This document shows, one piece after another, positions 36,845 through 50,022 of a DNA stretch of 64,000 bases. The notes under the pieces were generated by a model. The model was not told where the DNA came from and did no database searches. It saw nothing but the letters and a program-made list of their open reading frames with translations. Source of the DNA: Carcharhinus amblyrhynchos (lineage: Eukaryota); contig OZ336876.1 of assembly GCA_965287045.1 (NCBI GenBank), forward strand, positions 50,220,001 to 50,284,000, given 5' to 3'. The translations under genes and the position numbers were made by a program. Position 1 is the stretch's first letter; every line of letters begins with the position of its first letter.

Positions 36845-38049
36845 AAGAACATAAGAACATAAGAAATAGGAGCAGGAGTAGGCCACCTAGCCCTTTGAGC
36901 CTGCCCCGCCATTCAATAAGATCATGGCTGATCTGTCGTGGCTCAGTTCCACATTCCCGCCCTCTCCCCATAACCCTTAATCCCCTCGCTTATCAAAAAC
37001 CCATCAACCCACGTCTTAAAAATATTTAGCAAGGCAGCCTCCATCACTTCAACGGGCAGAGAATTCCAGAGATTCACCACCCTTTCAGTGAAGAAGTTCC
37101 TCCTCAACTCCGTTCTAAACCGCCCCCCCTTTCTCTTGAGGCTGTGCCCCCTAGTCCTACTGTCCCTTCTGAGCTGGAAGAGTCTCTCCACCTCTATCCT
37201 ATCCATCCCATTCATCATCTTATATGTCTCAATGAGATCTCCCCTCATTCTTCTCAACTCTAACGAGTACAAGCCTAGTTTATTCAGCCTCTCCTCATAG
37301 CTCAGCCCCCTCAACTCCAGCATCAGCCTAGTAAACCTCCTCTGCACTCCCTCCAAGGCCAAAATATCCTTGCGTAAGTGCGGCGACCAAAACTGCACAC
37401 AGTACTCCAGCTGCGGCCTCACCAATGCCCTATACAGCTGCAGCAAGACCTCCCTACTTTTATATTCAATCCCCCTCGCTATGAAGGCCAGCATCCCATT
37501 CGCCTTCCTGACCACCTGCTGCACCTGCAGGCTGGGTTTTTGCGACTCGTGCACAAGGACCCCGAGGTCCCTCTGCACCGTCGCCTGCTGCAGCTTTTCG
37601 CCACGTAAATAATAGTCCTTCCTACCATTATTCCTACCAAAGTGGACCACCTCGCACTTGCCAACATTAAATTCCATTTGCCAGTTCCTGGCCCATTCGC
37701 CCAGCCTATCTAGATCCTTCTGCAGACTCTCCACACCCTCCGCGCAATTTGCCGTTCCACCAATCTTGGTGTCATCAGCAAATTTCGACACCAGACACTC
37801 GGTTCCCTCCTCCAGATCATCTATATAAATGGTAAATAGCTGAGGCCCCAGCACCGACCCTTGGGGCACTCCACTAGTCACCAACCGCCAATCCGAATAG
37901 CACCCATTGACCCCCACTCTCTGCCTCCTATTTGACAGCCAATCCTCTATCCACGCTAACACCCTACCCCCAACTCCATGCCCCCTTACCTTCTGCAATA
38001 ACCTCTTGTGAGGTACCTTGTCAAACACCTTCCGAAAATCAAGAAATAT
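36845..38049 (-). mobile_element. Young 5'-truncated CR1 LINE
   Basis: Uninterrupted RT frame, (ttcttatg)n tail, many retained CpGs. Confidence 0.95.
36943..38028 (-). CDS. Truncated CR1 ORF2 reverse transcriptase (C-terminal 361 aa)
   Basis: FDKVPH, GVPQGSVLGPQLF, FADDTK, LEYCVQFWSP, FFTERVVNLWNSLP; no stops or frameshifts. Confidence 0.8.
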   Translation of the reverse strand: MFDKVPHKRLLQKVRGHGVGGRVLAWIEDWLSNRRQRVGVNGCYSDWRLVTSGVPQGSVLGPQLFTIYIDDLEEGTECLVSKFADDTKIGGTANCAEGVESLQKDLDRLGEWARNWQMEFNVGKCEVVHFGRNNGRKDYYLRGEKLQQATVQRDLGVLVHESQKPSLQVQQVVRKANGMLAFIARGIEYKSREVLLQLYRALVRPQLEYCVQFWSPHLRKDILALEGVQRRFTRLMLELRGLSYEERLNKLGLYSLELRRMRGDLIETYKMMNGMDRIEVERLFQLRRDSRTRGHSLKRKGGRFRTELRRNFFTERVVNLWNSLPVEVMEAALLNIFKTWVDGFLISEGIKGYGERAGMWN

Positions 38050-41000
38050 CCTTTCGCAAATGCGGCGACCAGAAGAGGTTCCTTTATTTCTCCAATATGC
38101 ATCCTTATCATTGTCCTCCTGTCTTACTGAGACAACAATGTTCAGAGCAAGATTGCTACATTATTAAGACTGTAATCTTGAGATTAAACACGTACTTCTG
38201 CAGTATCAGGATTGATCCTCGCAGTTTTATCTCTGCCCCAAGGTAGGGTGATCTGTCATTGAGCAGTGCTTGTTCTTTCTACCTGCTTGGCCAAGAGGTT
38301 AAATAACCTTGCCCCACCTGCATAGTTGCCTTTTAAGAAGTAATTATCAGATGAAGGGTTTGAATATCTCTAGTGATTGCACAACAGGTTGGTGTCATCT
38401 GACTTCTGTAGTGATCTTGTAAGTTATTAGTGATGGATTTGTGCCCTATGGGTGTACATTCTTAATCAAATTGTAATACCCTGCTTATATCGACATCATC
38501 TATGCTTCGTAGCATTCGGAAGGGCTGGAATATATTCTTATCGGTTTTCTGGTCCTTTCTCGCTTAGTTATACTGTAGCAAACAACTTGGTGACAACTGG
38601 TTGTCAAGCACAGTATGGCAAAACGACAGAGTTTTGTTTCCACCACAGTTAATTTTAAAACTCGAGAATAGTAATACTGGTTCATTCCCTATTTCTTCTC
38701 AATTTAAAAACACTCTGTAAAAAAGCTTTACAAGTTCCAAGGAGCTGGTTGGTTTTGAATCTAGCTCCACAACACCTTGTCAAAACACAAAGTTATGTGG
38801 GTACCTCTCGGAGGCTGGACACTCGACATGAACGCAATTGGCAATCAAACTGACACCCAGTATCTGGACCAGATTCCTCTGTCCCAAAAAAAAGTTAGCA
38901 ATGGATATGGGAATCATGAAAACTGAGGCCTGCAAGACCAGAAGTTAGAATTTTCTCCTCAGTAAGAGCTCCACACAAAACAAGCTTCCCATAGGCAAGG
39001 CAGGTTGCAACCTCAATGGCAGATTCTGTGATGTTGGGGTCACCACTGAGCAATCTGGGGGACTGAGATTTGTATTCTCGTCAGATCTGGCAGATTCTAG
39101 AAACCTTTGGGAAAACTGCCAGGTAAGAGATTTCAGGAACTTTGGGGAAGTCTGCTGAGGATTAAGGAACATCCTGGCAAGTAAGTGTTAAAAATGTGAT
39201 TATTAAATGTATGATAGATGTGCTTTTATTGCAGTGACCAATCACAAATTTCTGTCATGAAAAGATAAGCTGACCATTATATTGACCAGCACTGTGTAAG
39301 TGTAAATGTGCATCAGGGTACTTTTTCCACTGGATAAAATGTTACTACTAAAAACTATGAAAATCAGTGCGAGGGAACTCTGGTCTCATGCTCTGAAATT
39401 ATTTAACTGTCCACAGTGGTTTAAGATGGAAAGAATGGCGAGCTGCTTTCACTTAGAAAAAAAACAGCCACCTATCCCTGGAATTCTTTGAATGATGGGC
39501 CATCTGTTGTAGCTTGAAAGAAAAAACAATCAGCTGTTATTACGGTTTCAATTAGTTCTGAGGCTATAAAGGTTTGTTTTGCCAACTGAGCCCTTCATGG
39601 CTGAGCTTCAAAAGTTGCTAAATCACTTAGCAGGGGATTATACAGACAGTTCAGTTGACAGTTTTAAGAGGTATTTAAGGATTACTGGTCTTTGGTGCGC
39701 TCTCTGTGTAGATGTTTGTTTTTATAACTGAATAACCACTCGTGGGGATCCACTTTCAGTGGATTTGTTTTTTTTAAGTATTGGGCATTTGAAATACAAT
39801 TCTCTCAGATTGCTAGAACTTTTCTCCTTGTGTCCCTTTCAAAAAACTTACCATTACTTATTACAAAGGCTCCTGAGGTAATGGATACTGGGCGAGCGGC
39901 TATGGACGATCTGAGGGGCCTAAGGGGTGAGTGGCAGTAGAGGGCAGTGAAATGTGAGGGTTAGTGGGCATACGATGGATGTAGAAAGGTAGGATATCAT
40001 CTCCGAGAATGAAGGTTGGTCTTCTCAGCAGCCCTCTTGGTACTCCTGCCTTGGGCTGCCAAAGGAGGTGGTAGACCAAAACCTGTCTGTGTTGATTTCT
40101 AGGAGTTGGAAATAGAGGTGGGTGGTATGGGAAAGTTTGTTCTGGCAAAGTCAGGAACTGCTCCAACTCGTGTTTCCTGAACCAGAGATGAAGATCTAGC
40201 TGACCCCTCACCTCCCCCACCGATTTTACTCTGCTATTTTCCCATTGGTGCAAATGCAAAACTGCTCAGTGTCAACAGAATTGTACACTTGGAGCACTAG
40301 GCTGCTAAATATCTTAGGACTAAATGCAGCACTCCAAGTTTATAATCATCACATTCCTACACGTTTCAAATAAGTTGTTTTACAATCAAATATTCTTTTT
40401 GTGTATCCCAATATTTTGGCAACCTTGCAGATAACAGCAACACATGAGATGAAGAATCACCAGAAATTATGCTTGCATTATTTTCCTCTTCCCATACTAT
40501 AAGTCCTTTTTAAATGTTATTGTGTTAAAATACATGACCTTGCAATTCTCCACACTGAATGTAATTTACTATTTCTTTGTTCAGGTATTTTATTGATCCT
40601 TGTTTCTCTAAATATTATCAACCTCCCCTATACTGATCATGTGGCCACTTTTCAAATGTGACATTATTTACACAAGAAGCACTCTCTCTAACGCAATACT
40701 ATAGGGCAAACATTAAAAGTTCATGTTCCTTTCACCCATAGTCTATATCATGAGCTGAAGTGCAGAGGTCAGCAGTGTCCACAGGATTCTCTCGCCATTA
40801 AAATTAATGATTGGAAAATCTTGTAAAGCCTGTTGATTTCCACGATCAAATTAACCATATGCCTTTCTTGTAAGTAAAGCTATCGGCCACGACCACAAAT
40901 TTGCAAAATTTACGTTCTACTGTTATTTCAGGGTTGCAGGGCAGACATTTTACTTACAGCAAAGTTAGATATGCCTTTCTACACCTACACATAATATGGT

Positions 41001-44000
41001 TTGCAGCCTACTCTCTATTGACAGGAAGATATCCATTTTTCATTGCATTAAGTTATTTTGGTGACAAAAGTGGAATTATATATAGTTTCCACTCATTTGA
41101 TCTGTCATTTGCTGGATTTGTGAAAAATATGCTTTAAAAAATGGTTTTGAGTTAACACAGTGAAATGTTTGCATTAATTGCTGAACAGAGGAAAGGAGGT
41201 TATCTGGATCTGGTATAGACCTTCCCATTTTATGTAGAAATTTTGTTTTGCAACAGTAACAAGATTACTTTGTTTCTTTAAAACCAAATCTTTGTGAATG
41301 ATTTATTTTTTTAAAAAATGCACGTAACATTTCAAACAGTTATGCAAGTAAAAATAATATACATCTTAAAGGCTGTAGTTCAAAATAGCTGTCGTCAAAG
41401 GTTTAAATATGCAGTGAAATGAAAAAAAAATCAACCACAAGATGAAATTATACTGTGTAACTTTTTGAATTACTTATTTCAAAAATAGATCCTTTCAACA
41501 TTCAAAGATGAATTATTCACTAGGTGCAAATGCTGCAAATTATTTCTGGTTATTCCACTGATTGTACGACGTTCTCCGCTTTTGTACAGGATTCACTGCT
41601 GCAGTTGGCAAAGTTGCCAGAGGCACTGGGCTGATTTAAGCCACAGGCTCAGTCGATTCAGCGAGGACCACTGTTTTTTTTTGAAAGTCTCTGAGCAGAA
41701 TATGCAAATATTCTAATCAGCTACAGGATAGGCCTTTTTTAACTTTCTGTTCTCTTTTTACCACATGCTGGATATTTTAACAATCAGATTTGTTTCATGG
41801 GTTTCATTCATAGGTTTACTGACTTATATGTGTGCTAAAACGGGAAGGAAGAATAAGCCAAATTTGAAAACCACATTCTTTATATCTATTAATATGGTTC
41901 TCTGCTTCTATTTACAATAAAGCTAGTGTCATGAAAATTTTCAAGGAACATAATAAACAAGACAGAAGAATTAAATGGACTTTACTTTGAAATGTGCAGA
42001 GAGGACTGCCAATGGAGACAATGATAGGCATCACCAACTCGCTTGGAATATTTAGGTGAAGTCCAAAGCCAATTTTGGACTCGCTTCTGTTCTCTCTAGA
42101 CAGGTACATTGCATGAGCAGCACCAAACATGGCCGAAAAAAGACAAAGTTGAAGTCAGCCATACCCTTCAAACTAGGGATTGTCAGGCAAGCTTATTTTC
42201 CTTCAATTAAACATTTATGCATTCTTATTGTGAAACGGTTACTGAATCTTCACTATGGTAAGAAAGATAAAGTATTCATTCACACCTATCTGGAACAGAG
42301 AAGCCACGCTGAGTCAAACATCCTCTGTAAGAACTACGACTTTATTAGCTTCACTTCACCCCTTTCCTTCAGCCCATGGGACTTTTGTACATGAGTTCTG
42401 GTTTTCAACCCAATCACGTGGACTCTATTAATAAAAGTAACACAGGAAGTCGCAGATGCTGATCAGAGCTGGGCCGTGGATCATGTTATGTGAGGAGAAG
42501 CTGCAGAGGACTGGGTTATTAATCTGATGACAAAAATTTGTACTAAAACTCCAAAATATTGCCTCATTATGTCCTGTTATTTGAAAACAACATTTCAGTC
42601 TCAATCAAAAGCCTGAAAAACGTGATCAAATAAATAAGTTGATACCCTTTCCTAACATGTAACACCAACAAAATTTTAATATCTCTATAAACATTTTCAC
42701 CTTCCTTTGTGAATTGGATCTTAGTGCAATTGTAAAGGTAAACTTGTTATAATAGCAGCTCTCATTAAATGTTTACTTCCGACAACAGCTGGTAAAAAGT
42801 GATGCTGCAGTGCATGTTCCTGGAACCATTCATAAATGTTCTCAGCATCTATGATCTTTTACAAGTATTTAAAAGAACAGACACATTCTAACACACAAAC
42901 AGCTGCTTTAGAAATAAGCATTAGAGTAAGTGCATACTCTCCCAGCTTTTATGAGTGGTCTGGGGAAAACATCTTACACATTATTTGATGTTGTTTAATA
43001 CTCCATTAGCAATTTGGAACATACTGTGGGCTAACATTCACTCCGCCAACTATCTGAGTCATTCTGTTCACCACATATAGTGAACAGCTGCACATTATGA
43101 CCACTGAATTCAAAAGCTTAGCAGCCAAGACTTAGCCCTCGTGCTTGCATGTTCCTTATGGTTCACTTGCTGCATGATCACTATTTTGTCCAGATGCAAA
43201 AACTGAACTTCAGTCTTGGTAGTCATGGTTGTAAATGATGTAGACACCTCCAGTACTTTGCTGATGTCCCACTTTTCTGTTTTTTGAGTGAGATCCTAAT
43301 ATTGGAGGAAAAGACATCCATGCAATATTGGAGTCGGGTAGATGTGGATGATCACATTTGCTCCTGAGCAATAGTAAAAACGAAAGCTTGGTCAAACTTC
43401 AGCGGTTTTAATTGTTTTGCGAGTAGAATTCAGATTTTTTGATAGAAAAGAGAACTTTTGTTTCCCAAAATCTTTGACAATGGTCAATTCTCACTTATAG
43501 CCAAGTTTATCTGAGAGTGTCAAGTTACTGTGCAGTTCAGCATTAAAAGGTCAAAAAGTGAATAGCTAATCCCACAATAATTACAAATTCGACAATGTAA
43601 CTCAGTTGTACATCTTGAAATTTGGATAAGCTTTCAGTACTGAAAGTCTATATTTACATCACTGGTTCATCACAACACATCATTTGAATTTCAAATCAGT
43701 CAGTAAATATAGGAGACTTGAATATCAGAAATTACAACCCAAACTACATACCAGGTAAAATAAGAGAAATTATATTGTCTTCTCAAAACACTTCAGCAAA
43801 TATCTGGAAATGAAGGACAGAACTTCTCATATGCTCACTTCCTTGGCTATTTTCTTGGAATTCTTCATATGTAGGGAATGAAATCTGCCATTCTTACCCA
43901 GTCTGATTTACATGCCTACAGCAATATTATTGAAACTTAGCTACCCACTGAAATAGCCTAGCAAGCTGCTATGAAAAAGTTGAGTTAGAATATGAATAGG

Positions 44001-44050
44001 ACACTGGGTGTCAACCTAGGCACCATATTCTGCTGCCTAACAGCAACATG

Positions 44051-44804
44051 GGGCAGACTTTTATACTCCATCCAAGGCAGCTTCTGAGGCATAGAGGGTG
44101 GGGGGAGCCTAAAACTGAATGGATGGGACTCCTACGGGAACCCATCTGTCCAAACACACACACAACGTCTTGCAGGGGGGGAGAAAGGCCTTGGACAGAA
44201 AACCAAGCTACTCACCAATTAAGACACGCAACTGGCCACTCAATGTCCACTTTCGAGCCTCAATTTTAGGCTTGTGGGAATAGGTGCAGGTAGGATGGGA
44301 AAGTGACTTTTGCACTCGCGTAGGAAGGGGGAGAGAGACCTCACTCTGAAGGCCACCTCTGGGATCTCTGCCTCCCCTGGCCTAGCCTCCCCCCGCCCAC
44401 CCCTGATATTGTGATCACCACCACCCCCCACCCCCCACCCCCACCACCACCCCCCACCCCCACCCCCCCCACCCCCCCCACCCCCCCTTCCTACTAAGCC
44501 CTCTGGGTGTCTCATACCCTCCTGCCCTGGGAGTTACCTTCTTAAAAGTCCCAGACTTAAGTCCCTTAGTCCCAGACATTTCTGGTCACTGCCATGCTGT
44601 GCCTGGCCAAGTTCAAGTGCTGTTCACCAGATTGTCATGCAGGTGAGTCTTCCTTCAAAGGATGGGTAAAGGTCCAAATAACTGCCAATCAACTTCAAGT
44701 GAGCATTAAACAGGAGTCGGGGTTAGAGAGTCAGCAGCTCCGTGTTGGGCACCAACTCTTGGGATGGCGAACACCAATCTCTCACCATCCTTAAAATTCT
44801 ACCC
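44051..44804. mobile_element. GC-rich MITE-like element (possibly Harbinger/PIF-type)
   Basis: 13-bp imperfect TIR gggcagactttta / taaaattctaccc; internal poly-C tract. Confidence 0.5.
44415..44488. repeat. (CnA) poly-C tract; G-quadruplex-competent on the minus strand
   Basis: caccaccacccccaccccccaccccc...cccccc. Confidence 0.85.
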
Positions 44805-46707
44805 ATAGGTGTACCATAGGTACTGCAGCAGGTCAAGAAGGCAGCTTGATACCTCTGTATCAAGGGCAGTTAGAGATGGGTAATTATTTCTGGCCTTGTC
44901 AGCATCACCCATATTTCATGAAGAAAAAAAACGTTGCCCCATTTGAGGCTCTTTCCAGTTATTTGCCATGAAGTCAACATGTTGGTCTGTGTATAACACT
45001 TCATTGGAGGGGAGTGAAGTACGACATCCAATTGATCAGTACTAATCACTGCCAAAGGCAATGAAATGATAACCTTATCAAACCCTTTACTGAACAAATT
45101 TCTGCATCTTTGCCTCAGCTCAATATTTTTGTCTGAATATTCCAAGAGGTGCCACAAGACTGCCTTCATGTTAAAGCTATGATATCAATGCAAGTTATTA
45201 TAATGGGGCAAAATAAAGTGGCAAAAACATATTTTCAGAAATAATGGCTAAACGGTGAAGCAATAAAAGTAACAGACTAAATTACTCAAGTAAAAACATG
45301 AAGAGTTCAGAAAGTGAAAGGAAATTGCTGAGAAAAGCTAAAGAAAGTCAAAGCAAACAAAGAGAACAAGGAAAGAGACCTGATATAGCAGACCAAATTA
45401 AATAAGAAAAAACACAAAAAGGAGAAAATAGAGAAATCTAAACTAATTAAAATAAATCAAAGTAAGGAGAAATCAAAAATAAATTGAAAAAGGATTAACG
45501 GTTTCAATAAAATCTGCAGCCCACTGATTTTGCAATATATGAGAAACAGATCCTTTTATTTGTTTTTCCATTGTTTCTGTTGGCACCTACAAGTGTTTTG
45601 GACAGGCTGGCAGATATTAGTGGTTCAAATAAAGAATAACTGCATCAGTGAAAGCCATGCTCTTCATTCTTTTGTAGGCTGACATTATTGTTTCTACTCT
45701 GTACTGTTTACATCCCGGAATTTGGGATGAACAAAACTAAAGTGGGAATATTAAAATATTTTGGCATCAGAAAATCTTAGAGAGGAATGAAGGTGCAGAA
45801 GTGTTTAAGGAGCTTGAATGCATTGATATCTATCTCCATAGTCTTATAAGTGTTATGTTAAAATAGTCAATGTGAAGAAATGGCTGGAAAGTGCTTTCAA
45901 CACTGCTCCTTTGTATCAGGCCAACTTTCTCTTGTAAATGTTAGGGCAATCTGATGACCCTGTGTGATGGTGTTACTCTTTGAAATAGCGATAAATAACA
46001 GTGTGAGGATGAGAACGTGATTAGCTGCTAGAAAGGTTTCGGGCCATCTCAATGCTTAACAGGCTATAAACACCTATGGTGCACCTGGCCAAAGAAACCA
46101 GTCACGCCAGATCAGAATTACTGGAATGAGCAAGCTTGTACTATGTTGCGCTGGTACATTGCTAACAAAGGAGTCACACAGAGGCAATTTCTTTTCTGAA
46201 AGGCTTTGTGTCCAGTGTGTAAATAATAACGAAGACAGTAGTAGCTTTTGTGTCTATGGGGTCAGTGCACTTGATTTGATTAGGGCACTGGTACGTCACT
46301 CATATCAGTATCCTGACATATTGCTCTTTCGCACCATCTCTCTCTCTCTCTCTGCAGTTCTGAATTTCCAGTACGCAAGATCTCAAGAAACCACAGTGAG
46401 ATCATAAGATATAAAATATTTGTAAAGAAAAAAATGAATAGGAAGGCTGATGGGGCGGAAAGCGAGGAGTGAAAAGAGAAGTTGTTTAAAGTAAGAAGGT
46501 TGCCAGGCGGAGAAGAATGGTAGCAGATTAAAGTAGTTGGGCCTCTACTTGAGGAAGAAGCAAAAAGGCCGTAGACCATGACAGACTGACAGATGAAATA
46601 AAACAGGAACGAAAAGGGAAATGCAAGGCTGGCTAAACACTTAACTTTTCAGCTGATAATCTTTCATCTGAGCCTTAAATTCCAATAATTAGTCACATCT
46701 CTCTTTC

Positions 46708-48120
46708 AGAAATAAAAGCAGAAAATTCTAGAAATATTTAGCAGGTCAGGCAGCTTCTGTGGAGAGAAAAACAACTAATTTTTTTAGATTGTGAATGTTT
46801 TAACTGAAAGGGTGATGGTGTGAAAAGGAACAAAGGTCTGTGATGGTGGGAGAGATGAAAATGACAAATGAGTTTTGTGGAAAGGGCTGGTAATAGGACA
46901 AATAAAGGAAACAAAAGATGTGTCTACTGGGAGTGTGATGGGTAGAATGAAAGACTGCCGTGAAAAAGCAAAAGCAAAATAAGAGGCAAAAAAACAAAGT
47001 CAGCAAATTAAAAGGAAACAAAATGGGAGCCAAGGTTATGGTTGGAAATTGCTGAATTCAGTGTTGAAAGCAGAAAGCTGTATGGTGTTGAATCAAAAGA
47101 TGAGCTGCTGTTCCTCAAGCTTGCATTAAGCTTTACTGGAAGACTGCAAGAGACTGAGGACAGAGAGAGAGAGAAAGATCATCACAAGAGCAAGGTAGAG
47201 AATGATCAGGTTGCTTCTGAATGGAGGTATTCCACTAAGTGGTCACCCAATCTCTCCATGTACAGCAGACCAGACTGTGCATAGTGATTACTGTACACTA
47301 AAATCAAAAGAAGTTTGCCTGGAAGGAATGTTTGGGTCATGACTAGTGAGGAGAGGGAGGGTGAAATGTCAGTTCCTCAATTTACATGAAAGGGTGCCAT
47401 GGAAAAAGGAATGAATGGGTGCTGAGAATTGAGGAGTTATGTATCATCAAAGAAGCGGCTCCTTCGGAATGCTGAAAAACAAGTGGATGTTTGGAGGCAG
47501 TAGAGGATGATACATTGAATAGGATGGTTGATGGGATGGAAAATAAGGAATGAAGAGAGAAGTTGATCTAAGTAAGGAGCTTGCCAGGCAGAAAAGAATG
47601 GTGGTGGATGGAAAAAGATCAGGCCTTCGTTCAAGGAAGGAAAAAAGAACCCTGTGACAATCCTGGTCAGGATGGAACAGTAGAGAGATTGGACATCCGT
47701 GGTTAAGAGGTGGCTGTTAGGGTCAGGAAACTAGAAACTATTAAAATGAAGAGGGTATCAGAAGAGTCATAAATGTACGTGGAAAGAGTAAAATAAAAGT
47801 CAAGATAGGAAGAAATCAATTCACTGCAACAAAACCGGGCCATATCAGCTGAAATAGCTCAGTTGTAAAAGTGTTAGACTGAAGATCTAAAGATCCCTGG
47901 TTTAATCCTGGCTCTTGGCATACAACTGGGCATCTGTTTGTCCATGTGTTTCCAAATTCACACTGCTTTTTCTATTGTGACTTGTTTTTTTGTTTGATGC
48001 ACTTTCAGGGCCTGCTCTTTGTGATTTGCCCGTCAGTTTGGTTAATTTAGTTTAATTGGTTTATCCCCCCCAAAAAAGGACAGGCTGAATGATATGTCTA
48101 CAATGGCTGTTCTGTTTGTG
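46708..48120 (-). mobile_element. Degenerate Penelope-like element (RT thumb, GIY-YIG, pLTR)
   Basis: Minus strand LIFHPINHPIQCII...FSAFRRSRFFDDT, LVYS...GLLYM..LGDHLVEYL, A*CKLEEQ.LIF...LNS.F; pLTR at 46708-46810. Confidence 0.75.
47848..47920 (+). pseudogene. tRNA-Phe(GAA) pseudogene
   Basis: 73 nt colinear with vertebrate tRNA-Phe (GCCGAAATAGCTCAGTTGGGAGAGCGTTAGACTGAAGATCTAAAGG...TTTCGGCA); about 12 substitutions, including D-loop G19 and T-loop C56/G57. Confidence 0.88.
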
Positions 48121-49999
48121 AATACAGAATGCTATATTAAAAGTAAGTCACTGTTTCACCAGGGAAGAGATAGTGACTGACGTTTAACACATTTGTAGTT
48201 AATATTTATTTTGTTATATGTAGTATTAAATTTGTAAACACAAATTTCTGTGCTGAAAAGAAAAAGGATTAGAAATTGGTAAGCATTGTACTTGCTTTTC
48301 AAGCACCAAGTGGCTGTAATACGTATCGATTAGCAATGCAACAGCCAATCTGAGCAGCTGTTCAGGCCAACACTAAATTTGTCTGGTGATTTATTACACA
48401 TCCTAAGTAGCTGCCTAGGACATGCGTTAGAGTCCTGAATATTTCAATGAAAATCTCTTGCTGGAATTAATTGAGGATGTGTGGACCTGGTGTTGGGTTT
48501 GCTTCAGAAAGAGTTCCTAAGTGGTTCTTGTGGCCAGTAAACAAAAGACAGGTGTTTTCAAATCTTCTTTGATGAAAAAAATCTTCTTTAGAAGTGAGGA
48601 GGAGGTAGAGTGCTTCCTGACTTCACATTCATCATAATTGTTTGCCAAACCCTATTTTTTACCCCATCCCTGCTCTTAGGACATTTCTGAAGGTCACAGC
48701 CTGTTGTCTGCAAAAGTACACCAGGAACTTACATTAAATCAGTAGATCAAGCCCACCCAGTGCTTCCAGTGCACCCCACTGACCCAGGCTTATGCCCCTT
48801 GGCATTGTTCTCATCTGCCCCCACATTCCTAATCTCCAGGGATGAGTTTTGGCATCAGCAGCTTACTAGTCAGATTCAAATGAGGAACGTGATAACCTTG
48901 ACGGTCTGCAGATGGTAATGTCAAAAGATATAAATAAAAATGAACACAGTGTACAACAAACTGAAAATTATGGATGCTAAATATTATAATAAAAAACAGA
49001 ATAAGATAAATGCAAGCCAAAACTACACAAATGGATTTTTTTTTAAAATTTCTAACTTGAATAATTGAATGATTAGTTAAGACTCAGCATACTATTCCTC
49101 TTACAGTCCTTCAAGGCTTTAAATTTGCTGGCTTCAAAATTCTGAAGTACAGCAGTTTGGGATTTTTCCCACCTAACACTGAACCTGTCAGAAATAGTGG
49201 AGTTACCTAATATTAATATTGCTCAGCGAGACATAAGGCAGAGGCATTAATTGCACCACCAATTGCTGCACACATCTGGGAGACCCAGGAAGCCATTCTG
49301 AGGTCGCAGCTGCAGGATTTAGAGATGAATTGCTCTTAAATCAGGAGCAGCAGGAAACATGGTCCAGAAATAGCTCCAAGAGGAGAGCAGCAATGTCTCT
49401 AGAGAGTCATGTAAATATTATTCCATCCCTCCTGTGGTCTGAAAGCAGCTCCAGCAATCTGAAGACATGGCACCAACAAGAGGTGGAAAAAGAAAGTCCC
49501 CAACTGTGGGACTGAGCAGTATCAACATGCTTTCAAGTGAAATTCGGCACAGAAGAGATGTAAGAATGAGACTGTCGCTAGTGCAAAAGTCAGAATCACG
49601 TGAAAGGAACTTACTGGAGCAGAATTCTCCCACGGCCCTGGCAGTGGGTTCAAAGGCAGGTGGTGGCAGGGAGGAATTCAGCAGGAGTTCAAAATTATTT
49701 TTACGCTGGCTTGAATTTCTCATGGGATCGTCTTCTAGTGTGGATAGGGAAACCACTGGAGGACAGTGTGAAAAAAATCTGATTCCCACTAATGGGATGC
49801 AGATGAAGGCCTGACTGAAATCTTCCACCCACGCCTAGTTCTCTGTGACACCAGCGGGCAAAAACGTCCATCCAGAACACATCTGGAACAATGTCATGTG
49901 TGTAGGAGTCGGTGCTCAACTGAACAATGCCAAGGGCAGCCTCTGGACTTTGGAATGAAGGCAAGCAACCCTGGATACCATAACACCATAGCAGTTGAT

Positions 50000-50022
50000 G
50001 GGGGGGGGGGGGGGGGGGGGGG
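50000..50022. repeat. G23 homopolymer
   Basis: Direct count. Confidence 0.9.

Larger units (their letters stand above)
36318..38074 (-). mobile_element. Host CR1 (36318-36844 plus 38050-38074) split by a second CR1
   Basis: ILALEGMQRRFNRL...LYSLEFRRLRGDLIETYK; caaggccaatatat continues as cctttcgcaaatgcggcgaccagaa after the insert. Confidence 0.85.
43790..44930 (+). mobile_element. Degenerate SINE family 2 interrupted by a MITE
   Basis: tagggaatgaaatctgccattcttacc...ctgaaatagcctagcaagc; tail aagggcagttagagatgggtaat...catgaagaaaaaaaa. Confidence 0.6.

Noticed and set aside
44240-44515. Glycine-rich protein ORF
   Set aside because: Translation of a poly-C tract in a MITE-like repeat
47848-47920. 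Functional tRNA-Phe gene
   Set aside because: Invariant G19 and C56 are mutated, the acceptor and T stems have mismatches, and no adjacent oligo-T terminator is present
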